A DNA stretch of 64,000 bases, from NCBI GenBank assembly GCA_965213625.1, contig CBDBZU010000004.1:352001-416000 (forward strand), written 5' to 3'. Shown one piece after another: positions 50,330 through 62,144 of this stretch. Below the pieces are notes generated by a model. It was not told the origin of the DNA. It saw nothing but the letters and a program-made list of their open reading frames with translations, and did not search any database. The stretch is from a bacterium (GTDB lineage Bacteria; UBA8248). Position numbers and translations under genes: made by a program. The stretch's first letter is position 1; every line of letters begins with the position of its first letter.

Positions 50330-51259
50330 TTGGCCCAGGAACAACACGCGACGGTAGGTGAATTCGCGGAGGCCGCCGAAGAGCCGCGCGGACCCACAAA
50401 CTTCCAGTTGGCCGTCCGCGACCTGAAGCGGCGTCCGCCGGCGCTGTTCGGGCTGATCTTTCTCGTTATCGTGCTCCTCTGGGCGCTCGTCCCCTGGCTA
50501 TTTTCGCCGCTCGACCCTTATGATCAAAACCTGAGAATCTTCCTGAAACCCCCGGGGTTCGTCGACCCGGCTGGAAACTTTTACCTGCTCGGAACCGATC
50601 AGCAGGGGCGCGATATGCTGAGCCGCATCATCTGGGGCGCGCGCATATCGCTCATCGTGGGTTTCGCCGCCGTCGTGGTGAGCGGTTTCATCGGCATCAC
50701 CATGGGCATCGTGGCCGGTTATTTCGGCGGGGTTATCGACGCCATCATCAGCCGCATCATCGACTCGGCGCTATCGATACCCTTCATCCTCCTCGCCATG
50801 AGCATCGTCGCCATCATGGGGCCGAGTCTCAGGAACGTCATTCTCGCCATCGCGATCAGGACTTGGATCGTCTATGCGCGCGTGATTCGCGGCACCGTCT
50901 TGTCGGTGAAAGAAGTCGAGTACATCACGGGGGCCAAGGCTTCGGGGTGTTCGACTTTCCGGGTGCTCTTCATGCACGTGCTGCCCAACGTGCTCTCGCC
51001 CGCCATCGTCATCGCCACGCTCTATCTGGGCCGGATGATCATCATCGAGGCCGCGCTTTCCTTCCTCGGCGTGGGCGTGCCGCCGCCGACACCCACATGG
51101 GGCGGAATGCTCTCCCACGGGCGTGAATACATCGACACGGCCTGGTGGATAGCCTTCTTCCCGGGAATGATCCTCATGCTGACGGTGCTGAGCGTGAACC
51201 TTCTGGGCGACTGGCTACGGGACACGCTCGACCCCAAGATGAAGCGCCTGACGGAGTAG
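50330..51259 (+). CDS. Dpp/Opp ABC permease (DppC-like)
   Basis: LGTDQQGRD, HVLPN, EAALSFLG, GDWLRD.LDP; TTG start after GGGAG. Confidence 0.93.
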   Translation: MAQEQHATVGEFAEAAEEPRGPTNFQLAVRDLKRRPPALFGLIFLVIVLLWALVPWLFSPLDPYDQNLRIFLKPPGFVDPAGNFYLLGTDQQGRDMLSRIIWGARISLIVGFAAVVVSGFIGITMGIVAGYFGGVIDAIISRIIDSALSIPFILLAMSIVAIMGPSLRNVILAIAIRTWIVYARVIRGTVLSVKEVEYITGAKASGCSTFRVLFMHVLPNVLSPAIVIATLYLGRMIIIEAALSFLGVGVPPPTPTWGGMLSHGREYIDTAWWIAFFPGMILMLTVLSVNLLGDWLRDTLDPKMKRLTE

Positions 51260-51262
51260 GCC

Positions 51263-52426
51263 TCAGGCCAGTTTTCGCTGCAGCCAGTCGTAGATGTAGG
51301 TCGTCCCCAACGTCATGTTGTCGCGCTGGCAGTGTTGCGCGCCGCCTTCTTTCGCCGTGAAAACCTTGAAAGTCTTATCCTTTGAACCCGCTGCGTTGAA
51401 CAGCTTCCTGGCGTCGCGCATGGGTATCTGCTTATCCTCCGCCCCGTGGACCAGCAGGAAGGGGCATCGCATCTTCTGAACCACGCCATCCAGGCGAAAA
51501 CCCTCGAGTTTTTCGAGCGCCTCCTCCGCGGTTTTCGCGTCCATGATCCACAGGATGTGATGATCGGGCACCGCGTGAAGCGAAGTGCCCCAGGCCGCGA
51601 GACGCTTTTTCCAGGTGGCGTGGTAGTCCCATATCGCCCCCCATGCGACGCAGGCCTTATAGCGATGGTCCATGCTCGCCGCTCTCGGGGCGTAGTACCC
51701 CCCCGCGCTGAGCGCGATGATGGCCGCTTGCTTCGCGTTCACGTCCCCTCTTGTTTCGAGATAATCGAGCGCTGCGCTGCCGGCAATTTCATAGTCATGG
51801 CGCAGGTAGAGGTTCCTGAACCGTGCGGCCTCGCCCGAACCAGGACCGTCTACGACGAGGCAACTCATCCCGCGCGCAACCAGGCTCTCCACCCCCCGGA
51901 CGTAGACGAGTTCCTTGGTGTTGTCGAGGCCGTCGAAAAAGACCACGACGGGCGGCTTTTTCCTTCTCGTGTTCTCGGCGTGAACGAGCCAGGCGGGCAG
52001 CGATGCGCCGTTCTCGTAGGGAATCTCGACGCGCTCGATTCGCGGCGTATCCGCCAGGCCGGCAAAGCGCTCGAAACAATCGAGTGATTTTCTGAATACG
52101 GTGTGGCCACGCCTGTCCTTAGGCGTGCGGAAGCGCTCTCCCATCTGATAGTAGACGCACGCCCTCAGGTGATGGGCGGCCGCGGTGAGGTGCGAGCCAT
52201 CGCTCTCCGCCGCCAGACCGAGCTTGCGAACGCGGTCGCCCATGCGCACCCACTCGCGGAACCAGGCCTCGTCATCCCCCGGTTCTTGGGCGAGTCGACG
52301 GCCCACCCGGTCGACTTCTCCGATTTCGGAAGCACCCCACCGCGCGCACGAAATCATGAAGCACACCGCCGAGGACCACCGGTAATTTTCGGGGAAATAA
52401 GTGAACCAGTTCTCCTCCGCCGGCAT
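51263..52426 (-). CDS. Alpha/beta hydrolase, FrsA/DHPON-hydrolase-like (paralog 3)
   Basis: WFTYFPENYRWS, GLDNTKE, ALSAGGYYAPR, GGAQHCQ. Confidence 0.88.
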   Translation of the reverse strand: MPAEENWFTYFPENYRWSSAVCFMISCARWGASEIGEVDRVGRRLAQEPGDDEAWFREWVRMGDRVRKLGLAAESDGSHLTAAAHHLRACVYYQMGERFRTPKDRRGHTVFRKSLDCFERFAGLADTPRIERVEIPYENGASLPAWLVHAENTRRKKPPVVVFFDGLDNTKELVYVRGVESLVARGMSCLVVDGPGSGEAARFRNLYLRHDYEIAGSAALDYLETRGDVNAKQAAIIALSAGGYYAPRAASMDHRYKACVAWGAIWDYHATWKKRLAAWGTSLHAVPDHHILWIMDAKTAEEALEKLEGFRLDGVVQKMRCPFLLVHGAEDKQIPMRDARKLFNAAGSKDKTFKVFTAKEGGAQHCQRDNMTLGTTYIYDWLQRKLA

Positions 52427-52556
52427 ATCCGCCAAAATCCCGCCTCCTGCGTATCTGGGGCATATCACTACTGCCAGGTGAACCTTCTTGAAGATTGAGG
52501 CTATGATATACCCACCTAAAACTTGAATCCACTCGATGACGCCGTGAGGAGGAACC

Positions 52557-53918
52557 ATGACGACGGGAGGGCTTTCCGAGGTATTCGCCTACATCGACGC
52601 GCACGCGGAGCAGACGGTGGCGGATCTGTGCGAACTCTGCCGCCAGCCGAGCATCTCCACCACCCATATCGGGATAGAGGGGATGGCCGTGCTCATGCAG
52701 GAACGCCTGGAGCGAACGGGCTTCGACGTCACCCGCCATGAAACCTCTCACAACCCCATCTTCACCGGCTTTCTGCCGGGGCGCTCGGGTAAAACGCTTC
52801 TCTTCTACAACCACTACGACGTTCAGCCGCCGGACCCCGAGGGTGAATGGATAAGCCCGCCGTTCGAGCCCGCGATCCGCGACGGCCACGTCTTTGCCCG
52901 GGGGGCGACGGACAACAAGGGCAACATCATGAGCCGCCTGGCCGCCTTCGAGGCTTTCCTGGCCGTGCGCGGGGAGCTTCCCTGCAACGTCAAGTACCTG
53001 ATCGAGGGTAACGAGGAGATGAGCAGTCCCTCCCTGCGCCACTTCGTTCCCGAAAACGCAGAACTCCTCTCAGCGGACGGCTGCATCTGGGAGGACACCT
53101 TCCGCGAGGACGCCCCCGTACTCTCACTCGGCAACAAGGGGATGTGCTACCTGGAGCTAAGCTGCCAGACGGCAAACGTGGATTTTCACAGCAGCCACGC
53201 CCAGATTTACGAGAACGCCGGCTGGCGGCTTACCTGGGCACTGGGCACGATGAAGGACGAGAACGAAAACATCCTGATAGACGGCTATTTCGATGAGGTC
53301 GCCCCGCTGAACGAGTCCGAAGAGGCCCTCATCGAGAAGATAAAATCCTATGATGCCGATGAGCGCATGAAAAAATTCGAGCTCAGGCGCTTTCTACTCG
53401 ATCTGCCCGGCGAGGAATTGCCGAGGCGGCATCTGACGAATCCCAGCTTCAACATCGCAGGCCTGAACGCGGGCTACACCGGGCAGGGTCGAAAGACCAT
53501 CGTCGCGGGACGCGCGAGCGCGAAGATCGACTGCCGTCTCGTGGTGGCCCAGACGCCCGAGCACATCTACGGGTGCGTGCGCCGCCATCTGGACAAGCAC
53601 GGCTTCAAGGACATCGAGGTCGAAATGCTGGGAACGGGCTCTTACCCCGCCAAGAGCGACCCGGATAGTACCGTCGTCAAAGCGTGCCAGGCGGCGTCGA
53701 GAGAGGTCTATGGCAAGGAGGCGATCATCAACCCCTTCGGCAGCGGTAGCACACCGACCTGGACGATCATCCGCCACCTGGGAATTCCGCTTTGCTCAAC
53801 CGGGGTGGGCTACATCACAGCGCGTACACACAGCGTGAATGAGAACCTCAAGATCGAACACCTGATCGAAGGCGCGAAATACATGGCGGCCATCTGCGAG
53901 CGCTTCGCCGCCTCCTGA
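52557..53918 (+). CDS. M20/M25/M40 family metallo-hydrolase
   Basis: YNHYDVQP, RGATDNKG, EGNEE, HSVNE (canonical ligands). Confidence 0.93.
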   Translation: MTTGGLSEVFAYIDAHAEQTVADLCELCRQPSISTTHIGIEGMAVLMQERLERTGFDVTRHETSHNPIFTGFLPGRSGKTLLFYNHYDVQPPDPEGEWISPPFEPAIRDGHVFARGATDNKGNIMSRLAAFEAFLAVRGELPCNVKYLIEGNEEMSSPSLRHFVPENAELLSADGCIWEDTFREDAPVLSLGNKGMCYLELSCQTANVDFHSSHAQIYENAGWRLTWALGTMKDENENILIDGYFDEVAPLNESEEALIEKIKSYDADERMKKFELRRFLLDLPGEELPRRHLTNPSFNIAGLNAGYTGQGRKTIVAGRASAKIDCRLVVAQTPEHIYGCVRRHLDKHGFKDIEVEMLGTGSYPAKSDPDSTVVKACQAASREVYGKEAIINPFGSGSTPTWTIIRHLGIPLCSTGVGYITARTHSVNENLKIEHLIEGAKYMAAICERFAAS

Positions 53919-53927
53919 AGCGAGAGG

Positions 53928-55103
53928 CTAGGCTTTCAGCTTTTCCGCCAGCCAGTCGCAGATGTAGGGCACGGCGAGTGGCACATTGTCCATCTGGCAG
54001 TGCTGCGCGCCGCCCTCCTCGTTCCTGAAAACGCGCAGCGTCTTGTCCTTCGAACCCACCAGGCGGAACAGCGCGCGGGCCGCTTCCAGAGAGACCTGCT
54101 GATCATCCTCGCCATGCACGAGAAGATAGGGGCAGCGCATTTTCTGTACGACACCGTCCAGGCGGAAATCCTCGAGTTTTTCGAGCGCCTCTTCCACCGT
54201 CTTCGCGTTCAGTATCCAGAGGATGTGGTGCGGCGGAACGGACAGCGCGCTCTTGTAAGCCGCCTCGATGCGTCGCTTCCAGCGTTCGTGATAATCAGGC
54301 TCCGCCCCCCAGCCCACGCAGGCCTTGAAGCGCTTCTCCATACTCGCGTTTCTGGGAGCGTAGTATCCGCCCAGGCTGATGCCCATGACGCCGGCGCGCT
54401 TCGCGTTCACGTCATCGCGCGTCTCGAGATAATCGAGCGCGGCAGCACCCGCCACCTCGTGGTCATAGCGGAGATAGAGCTTGCGGAAACGGATGGACTC
54501 GCCGTTGCCGGGCGCGTCCACAATCAACACGCTCATCCCCCGTCGAATGAGGTCCTCGACGCCCAGCATGTACTGAATCTCTTTCGTGACGTCGAGTCCG
54601 TCGAAAAACACGACGACAGGCGGTTTCGCCTTTTTCGTGTTCTGCGCATGAACGAGCCAGGCGGGCAGCGCAGCGCCGCCCTCGAAGGGAATCTCGACGC
54701 GCTCGATCTTTGGGCTATCCACCAGGCCGGCGAAGCGCGCAAAGCTATCGAGCGATTTCCGGTAAGCGGCGAGCGCCTTTCTGTCCTTGGGCGTTCTAAA
54801 CCGCTCGCCGAGCTGATAATAGGTGCAGGCGCGCTTGAAAAGTGCAGCGGCTGTGAGACGATTTCCCTTACGCTCCGCCGCCAGTCCCAGCCTGCGGACG
54901 CGATCTCCCATCCCGGTCCACTCATCGAACCAGGCTTCGTCGTCTCCCACCTTGTCTTTCAAGCGCTTGCCGACCTGATCGATCTCCCCCATCGACGCCC
55001 CGCCCCAGTAGGAGACGGAACATGCCATGCTCACCGCCGCCGACCAGCGGTACTCTTCCGGGAAATACGCGAACCAATCGGCGCGCCCTATCGCTTTGGC
55101 CAC
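53928..55103 (-). CDS. Alpha/beta hydrolase, FrsA/DHPON-hydrolase-like (paralog 4)
   Basis: WFAYFPEEYRWS, GLDVTKE, GISLGGYYAPR, GGAQHCQ. Confidence 0.88.
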   Translation of the reverse strand: MAKAIGRADWFAYFPEEYRWSAAVSMACSVSYWGGASMGEIDQVGKRLKDKVGDDEAWFDEWTGMGDRVRRLGLAAERKGNRLTAAALFKRACTYYQLGERFRTPKDRKALAAYRKSLDSFARFAGLVDSPKIERVEIPFEGGAALPAWLVHAQNTKKAKPPVVVFFDGLDVTKEIQYMLGVEDLIRRGMSVLIVDAPGNGESIRFRKLYLRYDHEVAGAAALDYLETRDDVNAKRAGVMGISLGGYYAPRNASMEKRFKACVGWGAEPDYHERWKRRIEAAYKSALSVPPHHILWILNAKTVEEALEKLEDFRLDGVVQKMRCPYLLVHGEDDQQVSLEAARALFRLVGSKDKTLRVFRNEEGGAQHCQMDNVPLAVPYICDWLAEKLKA

Positions 55104-55162
55104 CTGCTTGCTCCTTTCGATATGAAAAAGACCGCGCCATCATCGGATGCGGCCCGAATACC

Positions 55163-55495
55163 CTACTCCTCGTTCCCGGGAATGAGCGCCTCGCGAGGCG
55201 GGCTGTAAATCCCGATGTAACGGATGGGCGTGAGCGCATCCACCTGATGCACGAGGTCTGGTTCGACGTGTATCGCCTGGCCCGCCTTAATCTCGCGCTC
55301 CTCATCGCCCAGGCGGAAGCGCGCCCGGCCTTCAAGGAGATAGATCATCTGCTCGTTCGGGTGGCTGTGCTCCGTGGTGGAACCCGCATCGCGCTCGACG
55401 TATACGAGCATCAGATTCTCGCCCACGATCACGCGGCGCTTGTAACCCTCGAGTTGTTTGTAATCCACTTCCTGCAAATCGTAAAAACCGCCCAT
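55163..55495 (-). CDS. Cupin domain protein
   Basis: HSHPNEQ...H, YSPPRE. Confidence 0.88.
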   Translation of the reverse strand: MGGFYDLQEVDYKQLEGYKRRVIVGENLMLVYVERDAGSTTEHSHPNEQMIYLLEGRARFRLGDEEREIKAGQAIHVEPDLVHQVDALTPIRYIGIYSPPREALIPGNEE

Positions 55496-55531
55496 CCCTC
55501 ACCTCCTGAAAAAATACGGCTCAATCCACGC

Positions 55532-56326
55532 TCATCGCCCCGAAAAGTGGGGCGGTCTCTTCTCCATGAAAGCCCTTCTGCCCTCAACGTAATCCGCACT
55601 CTCGAAACAAGCCTGGACCGCCGCTTGAACCGCATCCACGTCGCGCTCCGCCTCGTCTTTTTGCGCCTCGGTGATGGCCGTCTTGTATGCCCGGACGGAC
55701 AAGGGGGCGTTCGCTGCGATTTTCGCGGCCAGTGCGCGGACGTTCTCTTCGAGTTCATCCGCGGGCGCGACGCGGTTCACGAGGCCGAATTCGAGCGCTT
55801 GACGCGCGGAATATCTTTCTGCGGAAAAGGTCATCTCCTTGGCGCGCGCAGGCCCCACCAGCGCGATGAGCTCCCTCATGCTCTCGTGTCCGTAGGCCAT
55901 GCCGAGCCGAGCCGCCGGAACCCCGAAACGGGCGTCTTCTGAAGCGATGCGGATGTCCGCGCTCAGGGCGAGCGTGAGACCGCCGCCCAGACAGTAGCCG
56001 TGGATCATGGCGAGCAGGGGTTTGCCGAGGTTCGTCAGGCTGCGCTTGGCGCTCCACAACACGCTCGAGTAGTGCTTCACCTTATCGGGGTCGTTGCGGC
56101 TCTTCTCGAACTCGGAGATGTCGGCCCCCGAGACGAAGGCCTTCTCCCCGGCGCCGCGCATGACGACGACGCGCACAGCATCGTCCGTCTCGAAGGATTC
56201 GATGATCTGCGGAATCGCTTCCCACATATCGAGGCTCACGGCATTTCTCTTCGCCGGGTTGTTAAAGATCATCCAGCCGACGCCGTCCTCGACCTTCGCC
56301 AGCATCTTCTCGGTAACTGGCTTCAC
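55532..56326 (-). CDS. Enoyl-CoA hydratase/isomerase family protein
   Basis: AFVSGADI, GYCLGGG, PAARLG, EGRRAFMEKR. Confidence 0.93.
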   Translation of the reverse strand: MKPVTEKMLAKVEDGVGWMIFNNPAKRNAVSLDMWEAIPQIIESFETDDAVRVVVMRGAGEKAFVSGADISEFEKSRNDPDKVKHYSSVLWSAKRSLTNLGKPLLAMIHGYCLGGGLTLALSADIRIASEDARFGVPAARLGMAYGHESMRELIALVGPARAKEMTFSAERYSARQALEFGLVNRVAPADELEENVRALAAKIAANAPLSVRAYKTAITEAQKDEAERDVDAVQAAVQACFESADYVEGRRAFMEKRPPHFSGR

Positions 56327-57510
56327 ACCACGCCCTCCTCGCGCAACGCCTCGATTTGCGCGGTGTCATACCCAAAATGCTCCTGCAGCAACTCCTCGGT
56401 GTGCTCGCCCGGTTCGGGCGCGGCGGAGCGCATGGGCTGGGGACTTTTGCCCATCTTGAGCGCCTGGCCCACGACCCGCATCTCCCCGAGTTTGGGATGA
56501 TGGACCTCTGGCGCCATGCCCAGCGTCTCCACCTGAGGGTCGGCCATCGTCTGATCCACCGAATAGATGGGGCCGCATGGAATCCCCGCCTCGTTCAGGA
56601 GCGCCACCCATTCCCCGGTTATTTTCCGAGATGTCAGGGCGTTGATGCGCGCATTCAGGGCGTCACGGTTCACGAGGCGGCTCTCCCTGTCCGCGTAGTC
56701 GGGATTCTCCGCCAACTCCGGTGCGCCGATCGCGCGGGTCAGACGCTCCCACAGGCGCTGCCCGCCCGCCTGGATGTTGATGAGGCCGTCCGCCGTCTCG
56801 AACACTCCGGTGGGGATGAACGTGGGGTGGTTGTTGCCCGCCTGGCCGGGGACCTCCCCCGCCATCAGGTAGCGAGCCATCTGCAAGTCCATCATCTGAA
56901 TCTGCGCCTCTAAAAGGGAGGTGTGCACCCAGCGTCCCTCACCTGTCCTCTCTCGGTCGAGCAGGGCAATCAAAATCCCCTGGGCGAGAATCATCCCGGC
57001 GGATAAATCAGATACCGCAACCCCCACGCGCATCGGCCCGCCCCCCGGCGCACCCGTGACCGACATCAGCCCGCTCATGCCCTGGGCTATCTGGTCGAGC
57101 CCTGGCCTCTCGGCGTAGGGGCCCGCCTGCCCGAAACCGGAGATGCTCCCGTAGACGATTCCAGGATTCACCCGCCGCACCGCCTCATAGTCGATTCCGA
57201 GCCGCTCCTTCACACGGGGGCGATAGTTCTCGACGATGACGTCGACGCGTTTTGCGAGCGCAAAGAAAATCTCCCTGCCCTTTTCAGTTTTCAAATTCAG
57301 CGTAAGGCTTTTCTTGTTGCGGTGTAAGTTCTGGAAATCGAACCCGTGCCTGCGCCCGCCCATCACGTCGACCCCCATCGAGGCGGGAAGCTCTATCTTG
57401 ATGACCTCCGCTCCCCAGTCGGCGAGTTGGCGCACCGCCGTGGGTCCAGAGCGGGCCTGTGTGAGGTCGAGCACCTTGAAGCGAGCGAGCGGCAGATACG
57501 GTTCGGTCAC
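56323..57510 (-). CDS. CaiB/BaiF family CoA transferase
   Basis: LADWGAEVIKIE, RNKKS, ENYRP, SISGFGQ.GP, GEHT. Confidence 0.95.
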   Translation of the reverse strand: MTEPYLPLARFKVLDLTQARSGPTAVRQLADWGAEVIKIELPASMGVDVMGGRRHGFDFQNLHRNKKSLTLNLKTEKGREIFFALAKRVDVIVENYRPRVKERLGIDYEAVRRVNPGIVYGSISGFGQAGPYAERPGLDQIAQGMSGLMSVTGAPGGGPMRVGVAVSDLSAGMILAQGILIALLDRERTGEGRWVHTSLLEAQIQMMDLQMARYLMAGEVPGQAGNNHPTFIPTGVFETADGLINIQAGGQRLWERLTRAIGAPELAENPDYADRESRLVNRDALNARINALTSRKITGEWVALLNEAGIPCGPIYSVDQTMADPQVETLGMAPEVHHPKLGEMRVVGQALKMGKSPQPMRSAAPEPGEHTEELLQEHFGYDTAQIEALREEGVV

Positions 57511-58073
57511 GATGGAGACTCCACCTGATGTGAGGGAACATCCGGGTTTTGAGCAACTTTCACGATTTATGAGTGTTTGGGCGTATCTTAGCAGGTTTCG
57601 GGAGGAGGCCTAAACGCACCGGGGGTATACTTTCATTTTCCACGCGAAAAACTTCGTGGACGCCAATAATGCCTTGCGTCAAGTCAGAGGTGTCAATTTC
57701 AGGCAACGAGTGATTCATCTCGAATCGATAACGCTCCTTTCTCAGTCGCGTTCTACCTTCGGCGGCTACTCAGGGTGAAGTCGTTTCGGTAGCCAAAAAT
57801 GACGAGGGGTACGCGTTCCCTAGCAGAACCGGGATTTTCAACAGCCCCCTTGTCAGGGTCAAAACCGACCGAAGAGGGAGGTATTGCGAGACGATGTGTT
57901 TCTCGTATATGGCTTATGCAAACGCTCGTTCCTCACTCGCGTTCGACCCCCCGACAAGGGGGTGTTTTTCATCGGGCATTCCCCTCGGGATGTCCGACCC
58001 CTCAAAGGGGGAGTGGATGTCCCCTACTCCCTGGTTAGTAAAACCCTTAATTGATCGAACCCATTAGAAAAAG

Positions 58074-58099
58074 AGGGACAGGTCGCGACCTGTCCCTAC
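58074..58099. repeat. GTAG-type REP palindrome, copy 2
   Basis: AGGGACAGGTCGCGACCTGTCCCTAC identical to 15607-15632. Confidence 0.85.
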
Positions 58100-58150
58100 A
58101 AAACCTGCAAGACTCCTTTGTTGTACTTTCTCAACAACCCTTCATCAGTC

Positions 58151-58318
58151 GCATTTTCCCGCATTTGCGATCAGGGGAGAGGAGGCGGACGGCAGTATCC
58201 TGAAAGATTTGCGCGCTTCACGAATGCCTCATCCCGGCGGCGCGAACGCCCCGCATTTGCGCGCATTTGCCGTCGCGGGAGAAGAAGCTGACGGGCGTAT
58301 CCTGAAAGGTTTGCGCGC
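58151..58318. repeat. Two diverged 66-bp direct repeats, 102-bp period
   Basis: 58151-58216 vs 58253-58318, 54/66 identical; partial third start near 58378. Confidence 0.7.
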
Positions 58319-58790
58319 GACGCGGTTTCCACTCGTGGGGGGGGAGTCCGGCTCCGGTTTCCACGAGGCCGGTGTGCGCATTTGCCCGCATCTGCGGTGG
58401 CGCTGCTCAGGGAGAGAGCGGGTATGATGGCGGAGCCGCGCGGTTCCTTCGGGAATCAGCAAACCCTTCCTCATCGGGCGGGTCAAACCCTCGCTCATCG
58501 CTCGGGTTTTATATCTGAAAATTTCGATAAAATTAGATAAATTCACGGGGTTTATCGTTAAATTTCAGGCAATTTATTTTCCTGGGAAATGACGCCGACG
58601 GGTCGCAGCGCAGGGGAATTCTGCCATGGGCCGCCCGTTCCTTCATGACGGGAAATGCGGGGAGTTGCGCACCCGCCTGGGGCGTTCGCGCGGCGCCGGG
58701 AGCGAAAGCGCAATCGGCCACGAATGGCGCACGTCACCCTCATTCGAGCGAAGCGCCCCAGGGGATGACGCCATAAGCAGCTGATTTCGC

Positions 58791-59567
58791 TTATTTTCCC
58801 TGGAAATCGGCGATCCTTTTCTCCAGGAACGCGGAGGCGCCCTCGAACTTGTCTTCCGTCGTCATGAGGCAGGCCTGGCCGAGGCGTTCAGCCACCATGC
58901 CGGCCTCGGGGCCGTACTTGAGGCCCGTGTTGATGGCGATTTTCGCGATGCGAACCGCCAGCGGGCCCTTGCTCATCATCTTTTCCGCGCATTTGCGCGC
59001 AGCTTCGAGCAACTCCCCGGCCGGGACGACCTGGTTCACCAGACCGATGCGGTGGGCCTCGCGCGCGTCGATGATGTCACCCGTCAGGATGAGTTCCTTC
59101 GCTTTGCCGACGCCCACCAGGGAGGCGAGCCTCTGGGTGCCGCCGGCTCCTGGCATGATGCCGAGGTTGACTTCGGGCTGGCCGAAACGGGCGGTTTCGC
59201 TCGCGATGCGGACGTCGCAAGCCATTGAAAGTTCACACCCTCCGCCCAGGGCGAAGCCGTTCACCGCGGCGATGACGGGCTTTTCGACCACCTCGAGGCG
59301 CATGAGGGCGCGCTGCGAAGGGGCGGCGAGGCCGTCGATGAGGCTTCGATTCTTAATCTGGGCGATGTCAGAACCGGCGGCGAAGCATTTATCGCCCGCG
59401 CCCGTGAAGATGATGACCTGAACGTCATCGTCCGCTTCCAGTTCCTCCACCACGGCGCCCACTTCGCGCCAGGTCTTGGGGTCGAGCGCGTTCCGCTTCT
59501 CGGGGCGGTTGATGGTGATGAGCGCGATTCCTTGTGATATCTCGATCAACAGGTTGTCATACGGCAT
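58791..59567 (-). CDS. Enoyl-CoA hydratase (crotonase)
   Basis: INRPEKRNAL, FAAGSDI, GFALGGGCE, FGQPEVNLGIMPGAGGTQRL. Confidence 0.95.
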   Translation of the reverse strand: MPYDNLLIEISQGIALITINRPEKRNALDPKTWREVGAVVEELEADDDVQVIIFTGAGDKCFAAGSDIAQIKNRSLIDGLAAPSQRALMRLEVVEKPVIAAVNGFALGGGCELSMACDVRIASETARFGQPEVNLGIMPGAGGTQRLASLVGVGKAKELILTGDIIDAREAHRIGLVNQVVPAGELLEAARKCAEKMMSKGPLAVRIAKIAINTGLKYGPEAGMVAERLGQACLMTTEDKFEGASAFLEKRIADFQGK

Positions 59568-59795
59568 TTCGTCGAACTCCTTTTGCGTTGCGTATGTGGA
59601 CATCTCCATGGTGAGGAGAGACGTGGATGCGTGAATCGATGAGAAGATAGCCCATGGAACGGCGTGCGTCACCTGACGGCGCGATTGGCGGCATTCCATG
59701 GAAATTTGAAAAATCTACTCCAGCCGGTGGCCGCACTCACCAACAAACGTAAATAAACAAATAAAATCAGAGAGTTGCCTGAGAGCACCTTATTG

Positions 59796-59822
59796 TTAGC
59801 AGCCGAGTGACTTGAGTGCTAA
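59796..59822. promoter_or_regulatory. CIRCE element (HrcA operator)
   Basis: TTAGCAGCC-N9-GAGTGCTAA, two mismatches to consensus, upstream of groES; TTGACA-17-TATACA at 59829-59857. Confidence 0.85.
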
Positions 59823-59973
59823 TAGCGCTTGACAAACATTCTCTTTTTCCATATACAGAATCGCGCAGAAGGAATGGGTCAAGTATTCGGGATAGCGTTT
59901 CTCCCGGAACTCGATCCTCCAGATATAAGAGATTCAACGAAACAGCAACATATCTACCAATAAGGAGGAAGTG

Positions 59974-61952
<1,979 letters not shown>

Positions 61953-61970
61953 GTTGTAGTTCTGTAGTTC

Positions 61971-62001
61971 AAAAGGGGGCCTCTCGGGGCCCCCTTTTTT
62001 T
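61971..62001 (+). terminator. Rho-independent terminator of groESL
   Basis: AAAAGGGGGCC-TCTCGG-GGCCCCCTTTTTTT. Confidence 0.9.
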
Positions 62002-62144
62002 ATGGAGATTTTACTGCCGGGTGCTTTGTGGGGCGGATATTCGTTTCACAAGACTAAAACTTGGCGGGTTTCGAGGTTTCATTCCGCTGGTTTGCCTTCT
62101 CGAATGTATTCAAGCGATGATAATGATCGAGTAGAGAGGGATGT

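Noticed and set aside
58151-58400. CRISPR-like repeat-spacer array
   Set aside because: Two diverged 66-bp units only, no cas genes
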